Shown here one piece after another: positions 31,056-42,400 of a stretch of 64,000 nt of DNA. Each line of letters starts with the position of its first letter. Position 1 is the stretch's first letter. The stretch covers positions 288,001 to 352,000 of the forward strand of contig JBGASG010000003.1 of NCBI GenBank assembly GCA_044229845.1, given 5' to 3'. The stretch is from Candidatus Obscuribacteraceae bacterium (GTDB lineage Bacteria; Cyanobacteriota; Vampirovibrionia; Obscuribacterales; Obscuribacteraceae). The notes beneath the pieces were generated by a model. It was not told the origin of the DNA. It ran no database searches and was given only the letters and a program-made list of their open reading frames with translations. Made by a program: the position numbers and the translations under genes.

Positions 31056-31313
31056 TTAGTAGGTCGTGTCGGAAAAATGTTTCTCGTCGGTCAGCCAACC
31101 GATGATGTAGCCGAACAGAGCACCGACCAGGAAACCCCAGACAGCGCCCACCGGCCATTCGTAATAAGGAGCGACAGCCACAGGCAGAGGCCAGTAGTTG
31201 ATTACCCAGAAGCTGACGGCGCAGACAACAGCACTCACAATCGCGCAAAACATCATGGCCACGAGGGATACTGGAAGCCCGTCATCTGCCTGTTTTTTGT
31301 CTGTCTTAGCCAT
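31056..31313 (-). CDS. Small two-TM membrane protein
   Basis: Two hydrophobic segments; upstream AGGAG RBS. Confidence 0.7.
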   Translation of the reverse strand: MAKTDKKQADDGLPVSLVAMMFCAIVSAVVCAVSFWVINYWPLPVAVAPYYEWPVGAVWGFLVGALFGYIIGWLTDEKHFSDTTY

Positions 31314-31434
31314 AGTTCTCCTGGGTCTCTCTTTCGGTCTGGTCGCTCACAGTATAAAACGGCTGCCCCGCGGCCACTTCGCCGCCGCCAAATAAGATTG
31401 CTGATGTTTTATTAGTTCTTCTTTATGCCGGCGC

Positions 31435-31965
31435 TCAGGTCAGATAGATAAAGCCCAGACCAGCCACGGTTTTTGCGTCCCGCACTTTGCCGTCAAGGAC
31501 CAGTTGCCAAGCTTCTTTGAGAGTCAGCCTCATAACATCTGTTTCTTCGTCTTCATCCAGCTTTTTGCCGACAAACCGAAGATCATTGGCGTGATGAAAA
31601 GTGAGCAGTTCGTCGCAGAAGCCCGGAGCGGAATACATAGCGGCTATTTGCTTCCAGTTACGCCCTTCGAAGCCGGTTTCTTCAATCAATTCACGTGCCG
31701 CGGCAACAGCCCTGTCTTCGCCCTTCTCAAGCCGGCCCGCGGGCAACTCGATTAATTCCTCATCTACTGAATACCGGTACTGACGGATAAGCAGAATTTC
31801 CTGGTCGGTGGGCTGCCCAAGAATTACTACACCACCGTTGTGTTCGACGATTTCCCGTTTAAACTGTTTGCCGTCCTGTTGGACTGTATCCACGTGGACG
31901 TTAAAGATGAGACCTTCGTAAATTTGCTCGCTGCCGGTTTTGTGTTGCCGCGTAAATAGTGCCAA
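31435..31965 (-). CDS. NUDIX hydrolase, ADP-ribose pyrophosphatase-like
   Basis: QYRY, ELPAGRLEKGE...AARELIEETG Nudix box, SAPGFCDE, DAKT. Confidence 0.92.
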   Translation of the reverse strand: MALFTRQHKTGSEQIYEGLIFNVHVDTVQQDGKQFKREIVEHNGGVVILGQPTDQEILLIRQYRYSVDEELIELPAGRLEKGEDRAVAAARELIEETGFEGRNWKQIAAMYSAPGFCDELLTFHHANDLRFVGKKLDEDEETDVMRLTLKEAWQLVLDGKVRDAKTVAGLGFIYLT

Positions 31966-32030
31966 GGTTTCCTCCGTTTCTGAAAGGCGAACGGCGATTG
32001 TCGCGCAAAATCCTTGAGATAATCAACTGA

Positions 32031-35000
32031 ATGAATTACGACCAGACTATCGCCTATCTAGAGAGCCTGATGCCCACGGACACCCATCCGGGGTTGGAAA
32101 GGATCGAACTGTTTCTTTACGAGCACGGCTCGCCGCAGGACAAGTATGCAGCGATTCATGTAGCCGGAACCAACGGCAAGGGGTCGACTGTTGCTCTTCT
32201 GGATTCAGTGCTGCGCGAAGCGGGACTGAGGGTCGGGCGGTTTGTCGGACCGCACCTGCTCAACTGGAACGAGCGCCTGCACGTAGACGGTCGTCCGATC
32301 AGCGACGAATCATTTGCGGCGCTGGCGACTGACGTGCGTCAAAAATCGGAAGATTTCGCGCGTCGCAATCCCAGCCATGGTCGCCTGACCTGGTTCGAGT
32401 TTCTCACTGCCATGGCATTTTTCTATTTCCAGCGGGAAGCAGTCGATGTGGCTGTCATCGAAACCGGTCTGGGCGGTCGCTGGGATGCGACAAACACAAT
32501 CCATCAACCAATCGCCTCCGTGATTACGACGATCGATCTCGATCACACGCACTTACTCGGCACGACCATCGAGCAAATCGCTCAGGAAAAGGCCGGTATC
32601 ATCAAAGCCGGTGTGCCCGTAATTACCGCCACCACAGGCAGTGCATTGACTGTTATCGAAACAGTCGCTCAGTTCGTGGGCGCGCCCGTGATCCAAATCG
32701 ATGACCCGGAAGCTGTGCCGAGCGAGGTTTACTCGCAGCTCGCCGATGCCATGTATGTAAGCAACCTGCACGGGTTGTATCAGCGACAAAACATGCACAT
32801 CGCTTTCGTCACTTTAGTGCAGTGCATCACGCGCGACAAGCTGCCAGGGCGTGTACTGAAAGCGCTGCCGAACGGCTTCGCCAAGGTATTCTGGCCTGGG
32901 CGCATGCAATACATCCTCGACCTGGATGCAGTGCTCGATGGCGCACACAACGTCGCCGGTGCCAAAGCTTTACGCGCCACTCTCGACGACATGTATCCGG
33001 ACCGCCCGCGCGTCTTTGTGCTCAGTTTCTTCAAGAACAAAAACGTCGAGGAGTTTCTGCAGGCGCTCTTGCGCCCGGAAGACAAGGCGTTTTCAGCCGA
33101 GGCAAAAACACATCGCGAAGTGTTTTCCGCCTCCAGCATTACCGCCATTGCCTGCTCAAAGTGCTCGGATGCCCGCACGTTCCCCAGCATTCCACAAGCC
33201 TTCAACGCGGCGATTAAAGGATCTGCGGCCGACGAGCTGGTGGTCTGCACCGGCTCCTTTTCTACCGTCAAAGAAGTGATGCTCGCGCTGGGATGGAAGC
33301 ATGTCGAAAGCTGCTTGCAGAATGCGCACACCTACGCAGAAAGGCGAGGCAGCGATGTGCAGCCGGAGCCAGAGGCAGCCGACCCCGCCCCACCAGACAC
33401 GGCTGCGGCGAACGCAGTCAGCACGGGCGAAGTTACCTACAACTTGAAAGGGGTGGTTCGCAACCAGAGCTTGCCCATCGCCAATACGCGAATTCTTCTG
33501 TACGATCACTGGACGACCAGCAAAGGACTGGTCAAACACTTCCTCGCCGAACAAACGACCAACTCGAAAGGCGAGTATTCATTTGACGTGCGTCTGGGTT
33601 CGTATGCCATCGATGTGGTACCAAACCCGGAAACCCGTTTCGCACGACAGTCGATCGAAAACATCAAGATCTTCAACAACTTCGATCAAAACATCACCCT
33701 GAAGACAGGCAGCATCCTCTCCGGCACTGTGCGTACGGCGCTCGGTGACGTGGAGCGCGATGTGGAGATTCTGGTTTTCGGCTTTGAGAAGACCAGCCTG
33801 GAAACAAAAGTCCGCAATGACGAAAACGGTGAGTTCAACATTACCTTGCCCAAAGGCAAGTATCACCTCACCTGCCGGCATGTGGGGTCCAGTACTCTGC
33901 CGTTTGTTTCACCGGTCTTCGAGACCATCGAGATCGACGGCGATACCAAATACGATATCAGCCTGCCTGGCTTCGTTCGTTTGACGGGCGTGGTCAAGGA
34001 TTATCAGGTCCGTCCGGTCTCTGCTGCTATCGCCACCGTGACGCCGACCAACCCTCCGGATGATCTGCATCTGTCCGCCTCGACTTGGATCGCGCAGTGC
34101 ATCACATCCGACATGGGCCAATTCGAGTGCGATGTTATTCCAGGTTCTTACGACATAAAAATCGAAGCCCCGGATCAGGCACATCTAGCTGGTCGCAAAA
34201 TCAGTGGATTGTTGGTCGAACAGGCGCGCACGCGTAACTACGACCTGGAAAAGGGATTCCAGATCTCGGGTTTTGTCAGCTATAAGGGCGAACCGGTTCC
34301 TGATGCTCTGGTTTTCGCCGCCGGCGGCAAACTCGATGCCACCTGCGAAACGGATGAGGAAGGCTTTTTCGTCCTCACCTTGCCGAGCGGGCTGTATGAA
34401 CTGAATGTCTGCCCCCAGCCAGATTCTCTAGCGCGGCTGCCATTTCGCATGCTGGCTCCCTGGTCGACGACAATACCACTGGGCAAAGATACCGAAGCAA
34501 ATGTCGAGCTGGAAGAAGGCATTCCACTCAACGGCAAGGTGGTGGATAAAGCTCAACAGGGACGTCCAGGTGTGCACCTGGCTATCTATAGGGCCAAAGG
34601 CGATGAAAAGGAATTGCCTGAGGGCAGCACCGCCATTGCCTATGCTCTGTCAGGGGAAAGTGGTGCCTACGAATTCCGTGTCAGTCAGGGCAAATACTGG
34701 CTGGTCATCAACGGACAAATGTCGACGGCACGCATGTTTGATGTCTCGGATGACAATGATGCGGAGAGCAACGTACTCTGGGACAGCTCGTGCCTGATCC
34801 ACTTTCAGGTGGTATCGGAATTCGATGAGCCGGTGCCGAAGTGCCAGATTAGCTTCGAGCAATATGGTGCCAAGCACAAGAATGGCGACGCCGATCTTCA
34901 CGACCGCATGGTCAGCCTCACGGATGATGACGGAGTATGCAGACTGGCCCTGCAAGCCGGTATCTACAGTTTTTACTTCGATCCGCCCGAGCATGGTTCG

Positions 35001-35099
35001 TATGAACCGAAGCAAATTCGCCAGCTCTCACTCAACTCGGATGTCTCACGCAAAGTGAAATTGGCGCTCAAGACACAGCCGAAGGGTTCGCGCACTTAG
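32031..35099 (+). CDS. folC: Folylpolyglutamate/dihydrofolate synthase fused to tandem carboxypeptidase-regulatory-like beta-sandwich repeats
   Basis: GTNGKGS, TWFE, ETGLGGRWDATN, DLDH, EKAGIIK, WPGR, DGAHN in the first ~430 aa. Then repeats of LxGxV...P+xxA...TDxxGxFx+xLxxGxY. Confidence 0.9.
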   Translation: MNYDQTIAYLESLMPTDTHPGLERIELFLYEHGSPQDKYAAIHVAGTNGKGSTVALLDSVLREAGLRVGRFVGPHLLNWNERLHVDGRPISDESFAALATDVRQKSEDFARRNPSHGRLTWFEFLTAMAFFYFQREAVDVAVIETGLGGRWDATNTIHQPIASVITTIDLDHTHLLGTTIEQIAQEKAGIIKAGVPVITATTGSALTVIETVAQFVGAPVIQIDDPEAVPSEVYSQLADAMYVSNLHGLYQRQNMHIAFVTLVQCITRDKLPGRVLKALPNGFAKVFWPGRMQYILDLDAVLDGAHNVAGAKALRATLDDMYPDRPRVFVLSFFKNKNVEEFLQALLRPEDKAFSAEAKTHREVFSASSITAIACSKCSDARTFPSIPQAFNAAIKGSAADELVVCTGSFSTVKEVMLALGWKHVESCLQNAHTYAERRGSDVQPEPEAADPAPPDTAAANAVSTGEVTYNLKGVVRNQSLPIANTRILLYDHWTTSKGLVKHFLAEQTTNSKGEYSFDVRLGSYAIDVVPNPETRFARQSIENIKIFNNFDQNITLKTGSILSGTVRTALGDVERDVEILVFGFEKTSLETKVRNDENGEFNITLPKGKYHLTCRHVGSSTLPFVSPVFETIEIDGDTKYDISLPGFVRLTGVVKDYQVRPVSAAIATVTPTNPPDDLHLSASTWIAQCITSDMGQFECDVIPGSYDIKIEAPDQAHLAGRKISGLLVEQARTRNYDLEKGFQISGFVSYKGEPVPDALVFAAGGKLDATCETDEEGFFVLTLPSGLYELNVCPQPDSLARLPFRMLAPWSTTIPLGKDTEANVELEEGIPLNGKVVDKAQQGRPGVHLAIYRAKGDEKELPEGSTAIAYALSGESGAYEFRVSQGKYWLVINGQMSTARMFDVSDDNDAESNVLWDSSCLIHFQVVSEFDEPVPKCQISFEQYGAKHKNGDADLHDRMVSLTDDDGVCRLALQAGIYSFYFDPPEHGSYEPKQIRQLSLNSDVSRKVKLALKTQPKGSRT

Positions 35100-35245
35100 A
35101 TCAAAGCTCAACAGAACGCGGATCATAAGTTCCGCATTCCCCGGGCAGCAGCACAGCTGGATCGGACTTAGAGCAAGGTTTTGGTTGCCAAAGACTTGCA
35201 CCCCCCCTGTATTTCCGTTGTATATTTTCCGGGCGCATTCGAGAG

Positions 35246-35719
35246 GTGTCCGTAATGCAAAACTGCGGCAGTTATAGATACAAAGATAAATCCGCGATCT
35301 GCAGGCGAAACGTCACACAGCTATCAGCCAAACGAGTGCCCCTCGTTATCTTCATCGCGGTGGTTCTGGTTCATCTCAATTCAATGTTCGCGCTGGCAGC
35401 TATCCGCGATCCGGTATTCAGCATTCCAGACGGAACGGTATTATCCAGCCCGCGGCAGCTGGCAATCTCGGTTCCGTTTGACGGGGAAGTCAGATTCACA
35501 CGCGACGGCACGACGCCCGGACCCGCAAGTACCTTGTATTCCGGGCCACTGTTAATCCGCTGGTCGGAGACTATTCGCGCGGTGGCTATTGTCGGCTCAT
35601 CATCGAGCAATGTTGTCAGCGCCAGCTACACACTAAGTTCCACGAAATTCCCGCCGCCTTCGTCCGGTGGCACCACCCCGCCTGTAATTAACCTCCAGTC
35701 GCCAACGCCGGCTCAGTAA
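35246..35719 (+). CDS. Exported protein with chitobiase/beta-hexosaminidase C-terminal (Fn3-associated) domain
   Basis: PVFS.PDG...VRFTRDGTTP...STLYSGPL.I...TIRAVA...SNVVSASY; the true start is probably later. Confidence 0.8.
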   Translation: MSVMQNCGSYRYKDKSAICRRNVTQLSAKRVPLVIFIAVVLVHLNSMFALAAIRDPVFSIPDGTVLSSPRQLAISVPFDGEVRFTRDGTTPGPASTLYSGPLLIRWSETIRAVAIVGSSSSNVVSASYTLSSTKFPPPSSGGTTPPVINLQSPTPAQ

Positions 35720-35743
35720 CCACGAAGGACCCAGAGAGAAACA

Positions 35744-36484
35744 ATGTCAGAAAGCAAGGCAAATTCTTCGCGTTCATTCATGTTCCGCTTGATCGCGACC
35801 ATTATGGCTCTCTTCCTCAGTTGTGCAAGCAGCTGCCTGCCGGTGTTGGCGATTGAAAGTTCGCAGCGCCCCCCTGCCGCTGCGGAAAAACCTCGAAAGC
35901 CTATCGGGAGTGTAAGTGCGCAAGAGAGAGCAGCTCGCCACACCGCCAAGAAACTGCAACTTTCGCTGCCTGCCTCACCTTCAGATGCAGAGCTGGAGTG
36001 TTGTCATATATTTCCCGAGCCCTTCACACCCCTGGTGGCTCCCGAAGTATCCGGTGAAAATGCATCTCTGTCCCGTGCCTTGACTGCCTTCAACGCACGC
36101 AAGAATGTTGATGACTTGAGCGCTCTCCAGCTCTTCGTAAAAACCTTGCCCACATCTCGCTGGAACGCCAGCCTCGAACTCAATATGGCAATCTTGCGCC
36201 AGGAATCAGGTCGGACGGCAGACGCGCTTTCTCTTTTCAAATCGGCCTGGGACAAATCAAAGAGTCAAACGGGCAAGCCTCAATCACTCATTGCCCAACG
36301 TGCAATCTCCGAACTCTTGTACATACAAGGGACGCTCGGGCGTGTTGAGGATTTGAAAAAAGGACTTGCTGAAGTCGGCAAGCGCCCGATGCAGGGTTCC
36401 GCTCAACAAAGGCTCGCGGCTGTTCGCGACACGTCATGGAGCACGATCCGGGCTCGTCCTTTCGTTGCGGACCATATGCAGTAG
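35744..36484 (+). CDS. N-terminal exported helical segment of the RHS protein (split by frameshift)
   Basis: Signal peptide; overlaps the next ORF in a different frame just before the C39 cysteine. Confidence 0.65.
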   Translation: MSESKANSSRSFMFRLIATIMALFLSCASSCLPVLAIESSQRPPAAAEKPRKPIGSVSAQERAARHTAKKLQLSLPASPSDAELECCHIFPEPFTPLVAPEVSGENASLSRALTAFNARKNVDDLSALQLFVKTLPTSRWNASLELNMAILRQESGRTADALSLFKSAWDKSKSQTGKPQSLIAQRAISELLYIQGTLGRVEDLKKGLAEVGKRPMQGSAQQRLAAVRDTSWSTIRARPFVADHMQ

Positions 36485-39400
36485 CGGCGCTGCTCCGCTT
36501 GAGCGGCAAGCGCCCTAAAGATATGTCTGTGATCAAGAAGGCGTCCTCCACCAGCAAAGGAACATCACTTTTTCAGCTTAAGACCTGGGCTGAGCAGTCC
36601 GGCATGAAGACGCAAGTAGCAAAGCGAACTGCCGGCGCACAAATCGCAGTGCCGTCCGTGATGCATCGAAAACTCGCCCACTTTGGAGCGATAACGGCTT
36701 TTCGTCAGAACCGCTACCGAGTGCAAGATCCGACATTCAGCAAAAGCTCGAATCTCTGGATGACACCTGAAGCTATAGACTCTGAGAGCAGCGGATATTT
36801 TCTTGTCCGTGCAGGCAATTTGCCGTCCGGCTGGCAAAAGGTTTCAGATGCCGAGGCAAAAACCATCTGGGGCAAAGGTTTCATGGAGACAAGATATGAA
36901 GGCAAAACAGAATCTGAGCCTCAAACAGACATGGGCGACCGAGGCGGCGGCGAAGGCAGTTGCAACACAGGCATGCCCACTGTCAACGCGTTCACAATGC
37001 AGGCAGCCCTTGCAATTAATGATGTGCCGCTCTCCTATAATTGCCCGATTTTCGCTTCGCCCATGGAGTTTCGTCTGCATTGGAATCAGAATCAAGAAGA
37101 TGAGCCCTCCATCTTCGGGTTCACAAATCTCGGCGCCAACTGGAGTTTGAATTGGGTTTCCTGGGTTCACGTCGATGGCTCAAACAATGCCCTCGTCCAT
37201 GTTCGCGGTGGTGGCGTCGATCATTATCCGTACACCGGCAGTCCTTCCACCCCATACGATGCCAGTATTCTGTCGCAGGCGCAACTTACGGTGCCCAGCA
37301 CAGGTGTTTACCAGCGCCTGCTTCCGGATGGCTCCATCGAGGTCTTTGATCTAGCCGACGGCACCGGCAACTACATGCTCACCGCTCTGATCGATCCGCA
37401 GGGTAATGAGGCGTCCGTGCAGTACGACAGCAACCTGCGCGTAACCGCGGTTCTTGATCCCAGCTCGAACGCCAGCACCTTCACTTATGTCTCGAACACC
37501 GTCGGCAACAGTGGCTTTTACAAAATAGCCGCGATCACCGATGCGTTCTCGCGCTCTTGTTCATTTTCCTATGACGGCACGAACACATTTCTGACCGGTA
37601 TCACAGATAGTGTCGGCAATGTTTCGTCTTTCCAATACAACACGTCCACTTCTTTCATCGACTCAATGACGACAAACTATGGAACGACGAGCTTTGAGAC
37701 CTCAACGATTACCAGCGGCTATGTCCACCCGGCTCGACAGTTAAAATTCACTTTCCCGGACGGCACCACTTCGGTACTTCAGAATTTGCTCGACCACATG
37801 TACTCCTACTTCTGGGACCGAGAAGCAATGGCGCGCTATCCCAATGATCCGAACAACCGCATTTTCACGCACTGCAAGACCACGCAGTTCATGTCGGAGC
37901 AGAACACTACCAACGAATACCCGGTAATGTATTGGATAAAGCCTGCGCTGAAGGCGCCCGTGTATTTTACTTATCCGGACGCCTTCTTTGAGCAGTTTTA
38001 TGGAACAATCAACAAGCCAACGCAAACGACGCGCGATACGGCTTTGAACAAAACTTGGAATTTCACCGTTGGCGGTACCATCAATGCCGGCAACGTCTTC
38101 TCCCTGAACATATTCAACAGTCTGATTCCAGGTGGTTCTACCGTAGTGCAATACACCGCGCAGGCAGGTGATACCGCGCAGGTAGTTGTGAGCAGTCTGG
38201 CGACAGCCGCCAGCAGCAATGCCGGTCTAATAGATGCCGGCATCTATGCGAGGTCGAGCGGATCGAGAGTGTCCATCGTCCCTACTTGTACTAACCTGGC
38301 AGCAACAGGGATTACGCATAGTGTCTCCGGCTCCGGCTCAACTTTTACCGGCTTCTATGAAGGAAACTCCTGGTTTGTCGGACAACTTGGCGGGACGCTG
38401 ACAAACGGCGATGTCCTGACTGCATTCATCGATGCACCGACCCCGTTTCCGGATGAAGAAGTCACGCACACGGTGCAATCCGGAGACACGCTTGAGAGCA
38501 TCGCTCAAGATATCGCCGTTAAGGTAAATGCCTTGCAATCTGTCCAGTCAAATGATCTCTCAGTCTCCGCGATCGGCTCGAAAATCATAACGCGAAGGCT
38601 CAACAGCGGGACTTATTACCCCAGCTTTTTCTGGAACAGCGGCGCCACAGAGACCATTACCGATGCTGGAAGCGATGCGAACGAAATTAACAGTTATGAG
38701 TGGAATAGCCAGGGCAAGCCTACTCGAACTGTTGCCCCCTATGGCCGCGAATTCTCATACAGCTATGCAAGCAACGGCATCGACCTCGAAGAGATCCGCG
38801 AAACAAAGGACTCCGACAATTTCCTGCTCGGCAAGTGGACTTACAACAGCCAGCACGAACCCCTCACGCAAATTGATGGTTCCGGGCAACAGACGGTCAA
38901 CACGTATAACGTGTTCGGACAGCTCACGTCGACGACGGATGCTCTCAGCAATGTCACAAGCTACCAGTACACGTCGACCGCAACTGCCACTGTCGGCGGT
39001 ACCGTCAACAGCGGCAACCAGGTAAACCTCACAGTCTCCGACCCAGCCTTGCCTGGCGGGTCCGTCACCGTGTCTCATACTGCCGGCAGCGGAGAAACAA
39101 AAGCTCAAGTTGCCGCAGCCCTGGTCACCGCCATCAACAGCAACTCTGACCTGCAAACGCTCGGCGTCACGGCCTCCCGCACTGGAGCTGTTATCACGCT
39201 CAAGTCAACGTCCGTGAATGCAACCTCGTACTCAAGAACAGTGACCGGCACCATCACGCTTGCGCTTTCAAATGTTGCTTATGGCTTCCTGACCAAAATC
39301 ACGGGACCGCTGCAGCAAAATGACATCACCACCCTCTCCTGGAATCCGAACGGGACCCTTGCCTCCTCGACGGACTCCGAAGGCTATTCGCTCGCCTTCC

Positions 39401-42400
39401 AGTACGATGCCATGGACCGGCTCACGCAAACTACACATCCTGACGGCACAAGCGATCAAATCAAGTATCAGGACCTTGATGCCATCTTCTTCATCGACAG
39501 GCTCGGCAGAACAACACAACGCTCGTTCGACGCCATGGACCAGCTCGCTTTTGAAATTGACCCGCTTGGCCGCAAGACGAAATACACCTGGTGCTCCTGC
39601 GGCTCGCCCAGCACTCTCACCGACCCAGCAAACAATGTAACGACGTGGAATCATGACCTGGAAGGGCGCATTATCAAAAAGGTGCTCGCAGATAGCACCA
39701 CAACTTCCTACTTGTGGGAGGACAACACCGGCTGGTTGCGCTCGCGCACCGACGCGCTCGGGCAAGTCACCCGCTACAACAACCTTCTCGACGGCAGCCT
39801 CGGCTCTGTCATGTATCCCAACGCCAACAACCCCACTTCGCCTGTCACCTATTTCCTCGCCCCCAACTTCCGTCGCCTGCAAGCTGCGCACAATGCCTGG
39901 GGACAATATAATTATGCTTACAACGACTACATTACCGACCCGCTTGCGCCACCCATCACAGGTGGTGGCAGAATTTCTCAAATCACCAACTCCGTAATCC
40001 CCAACTCCGCTGTAACCTACTCATATGATGCGCTCGCCAGGATGACCAACCGCTCAATTAACGGCAGCAGCAACTCCATCACCTGGAGCTACGACGCCAT
40101 GAGCCGCGTTACCCAGGAGGTCAACGCGCTCGGCACCTTCGGCTTCACCTATGTCGACGACGTCTCTCCGAATTCGAAAGGCGTCAGTCGCCTGGCAAGC
40201 ATCTCGTACCCTAATGGCCAGCAGACCAAGTTCTCCTGGTTCGATAACACCCGCGACCAACGCTTGCGCGAAATCACAAATCTCGATCCAAGTTCACAGA
40301 CCCTGTCACAGTTTGATTACTCCTACGATTCTGCCGGGCAGATCACTCGCTGGCTCCAGCAGCAAAAGGGCAGCCACCAGAATTTCGCCCTGGATTACGA
40401 CCTGGCTGGACAACTCACTGGCGCCGCCGCCGGACGCGGTAGCACAGCGCCACCATTCGCCAACCAAAACTTCTACAGCTACGATGCCGCCGCCAACCGT
40501 ACCTCCGCTCAACAAAGTCAGGTGCAGAATTTAGTCGTCGCCGGCACTAAAACCACTGGCGACGTGTTGACGGTCACCGTTATCGACAGCGCGCTCTCCG
40601 GTGGGCAGCTGGCAGTCCCCTACACCGTCGCATCCGGAGATACGCTTACCACCATCGCCCGCAAGCTTGCCGCCACCATCACCTCAAAGGCAGCGCTGCA
40701 GACTATAGGCGTTGATGCTGTTGCGAGCGGCACCACCATCACTTTGCGCTCAAAGTCCCCGAATATAACGATCTATACCACCAGCCTCAGCGGTGGTGCC
40801 ACAGAGACAATTACTGCCGGCATCAACTCCGCCACCCATAACATCACCATTGGCGGTACCGCTCACGACGGCGATCAGTTGCAAGTTATTGTCCGCGATC
40901 CAGCTCTCTCCGGCGGGCAAACAACCGTTAACTATACAGTCCCCACCGGAGCATCCCTCAATACCATCGCTTCCGGGCTGGCCAGCGCCATTAACGCGGG
41001 CAGCGGACTGGCGGCGCTTGGCATTACGGCTACCTCGAAGCAGCGCGTGATTACGGTGAAAACCCTCTCGCCCAATGTCACCAACTTCACAGGCTCTGTG
41101 TCGGGTGCTGGTGCCACAGTGACCATGTCCCTCGGCGTCAGCCTTAACGGCTCGGTTACAGCGCTTATTTCCGGAACCGCAACCGGCAACGACATCCTCA
41201 CCATTTCAGTTTTCGATGCAGGGCTCTCCGGCGGGCAGCACGATATCTCCTACACCGTGCTCCCTTCCGACACGCTTGCCACCATCACCAGCGCGTTGGC
41301 AGCAGCCATAAATGCCGACAGTCAACTGCGACTGATCGGTGTCAAAGCGTCAGCCTCTTCGACAAAGTTGACGGTCACTTCCGTCTCAACCAACGACACC
41401 ACGTACCTGCCATCCAAGAGTGCGGGCGCTACCGAAACTATCCTCTGGGGACTGCCCGCCAACGGCACCATCACCGCATCCGTTGCCGGCTCGATCACCG
41501 CAGGTGATGTCGTAACCATCAATGTGTTTGACGCCGGTTTGAGCGGCGGCTCCACATCCGTATCCCACACGGTAGCGGCTGGAGATACGCGCAAAATAAT
41601 CGCCGCCTCTCTCGCTAGCCAGATCAACGGCAATGCCGGTCTTGCCGCTATTGGAGTCACTGCTCTCGCCGTCACGCCGGCCGGCTCAGTCAATGTGGTA
41701 AACATTACTTCTGCATCCTCCAATGCCACCACGTATGCCAAATCTACAAGTCCCGGCGCCACCTTATCGCTAACCTTGAGCAAGAGTGTTGGCGTAACGA
41801 AGGCAACCTTCAACAACGTCAACGAACTCACCTCGCTATCTGCGGGCGGCGCCACCAGGTTTCAAGGCACGACAGATCGTCCAGTGCTGCCGGTCACCAT
41901 CGATGGAAATGCCGCAGAAATGACTACCTCGCAAAGTTTCAATGGCACCGCCGTTCTAGATGTGAACCCGGATAGCGTCCCCGTCAGCGCCACCGCTGGC
42001 GGCGGCAGCGGTACAACCACCAACGATTACAAACTAGACCATGTCGGTGCCACCGCAACGCTAACCTTCGATGCCAACGGCAACATGACGAGCGATGGCA
42101 CTAACTCGTTTTCGTGGGACGCCGAAAACAGGCTAATTCAGATCACGTTTCCTGGCACTGGCAATAACAGCAGCTTTCTGTATGATGCACTTGGCGATCG
42201 CGTGCGAATTATTGAAACAAGAAACAGTTCCGTGTTGACCACGCAACAGTTCATTTTCTGCGGACTCACAGCTTGCGAAGAACGTGATATCAGCGGTAGT
42301 TTAACTAAAGAGTTCTTCTCGTTCGGACAAACCGTGGGTGGAACCACAAGCAAATACTTTTATTGGTTCACACATCGTGGCGACGTCTGCACAGTCACAG

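Noticed and set aside
36356..36362. AAAAAAG as a programmed -1 frameshift joining the two RHS ORFs
   Set aside because: The heptamer is out of phase with the upstream ORF, and the -1 frame meets a TGA at 36370.
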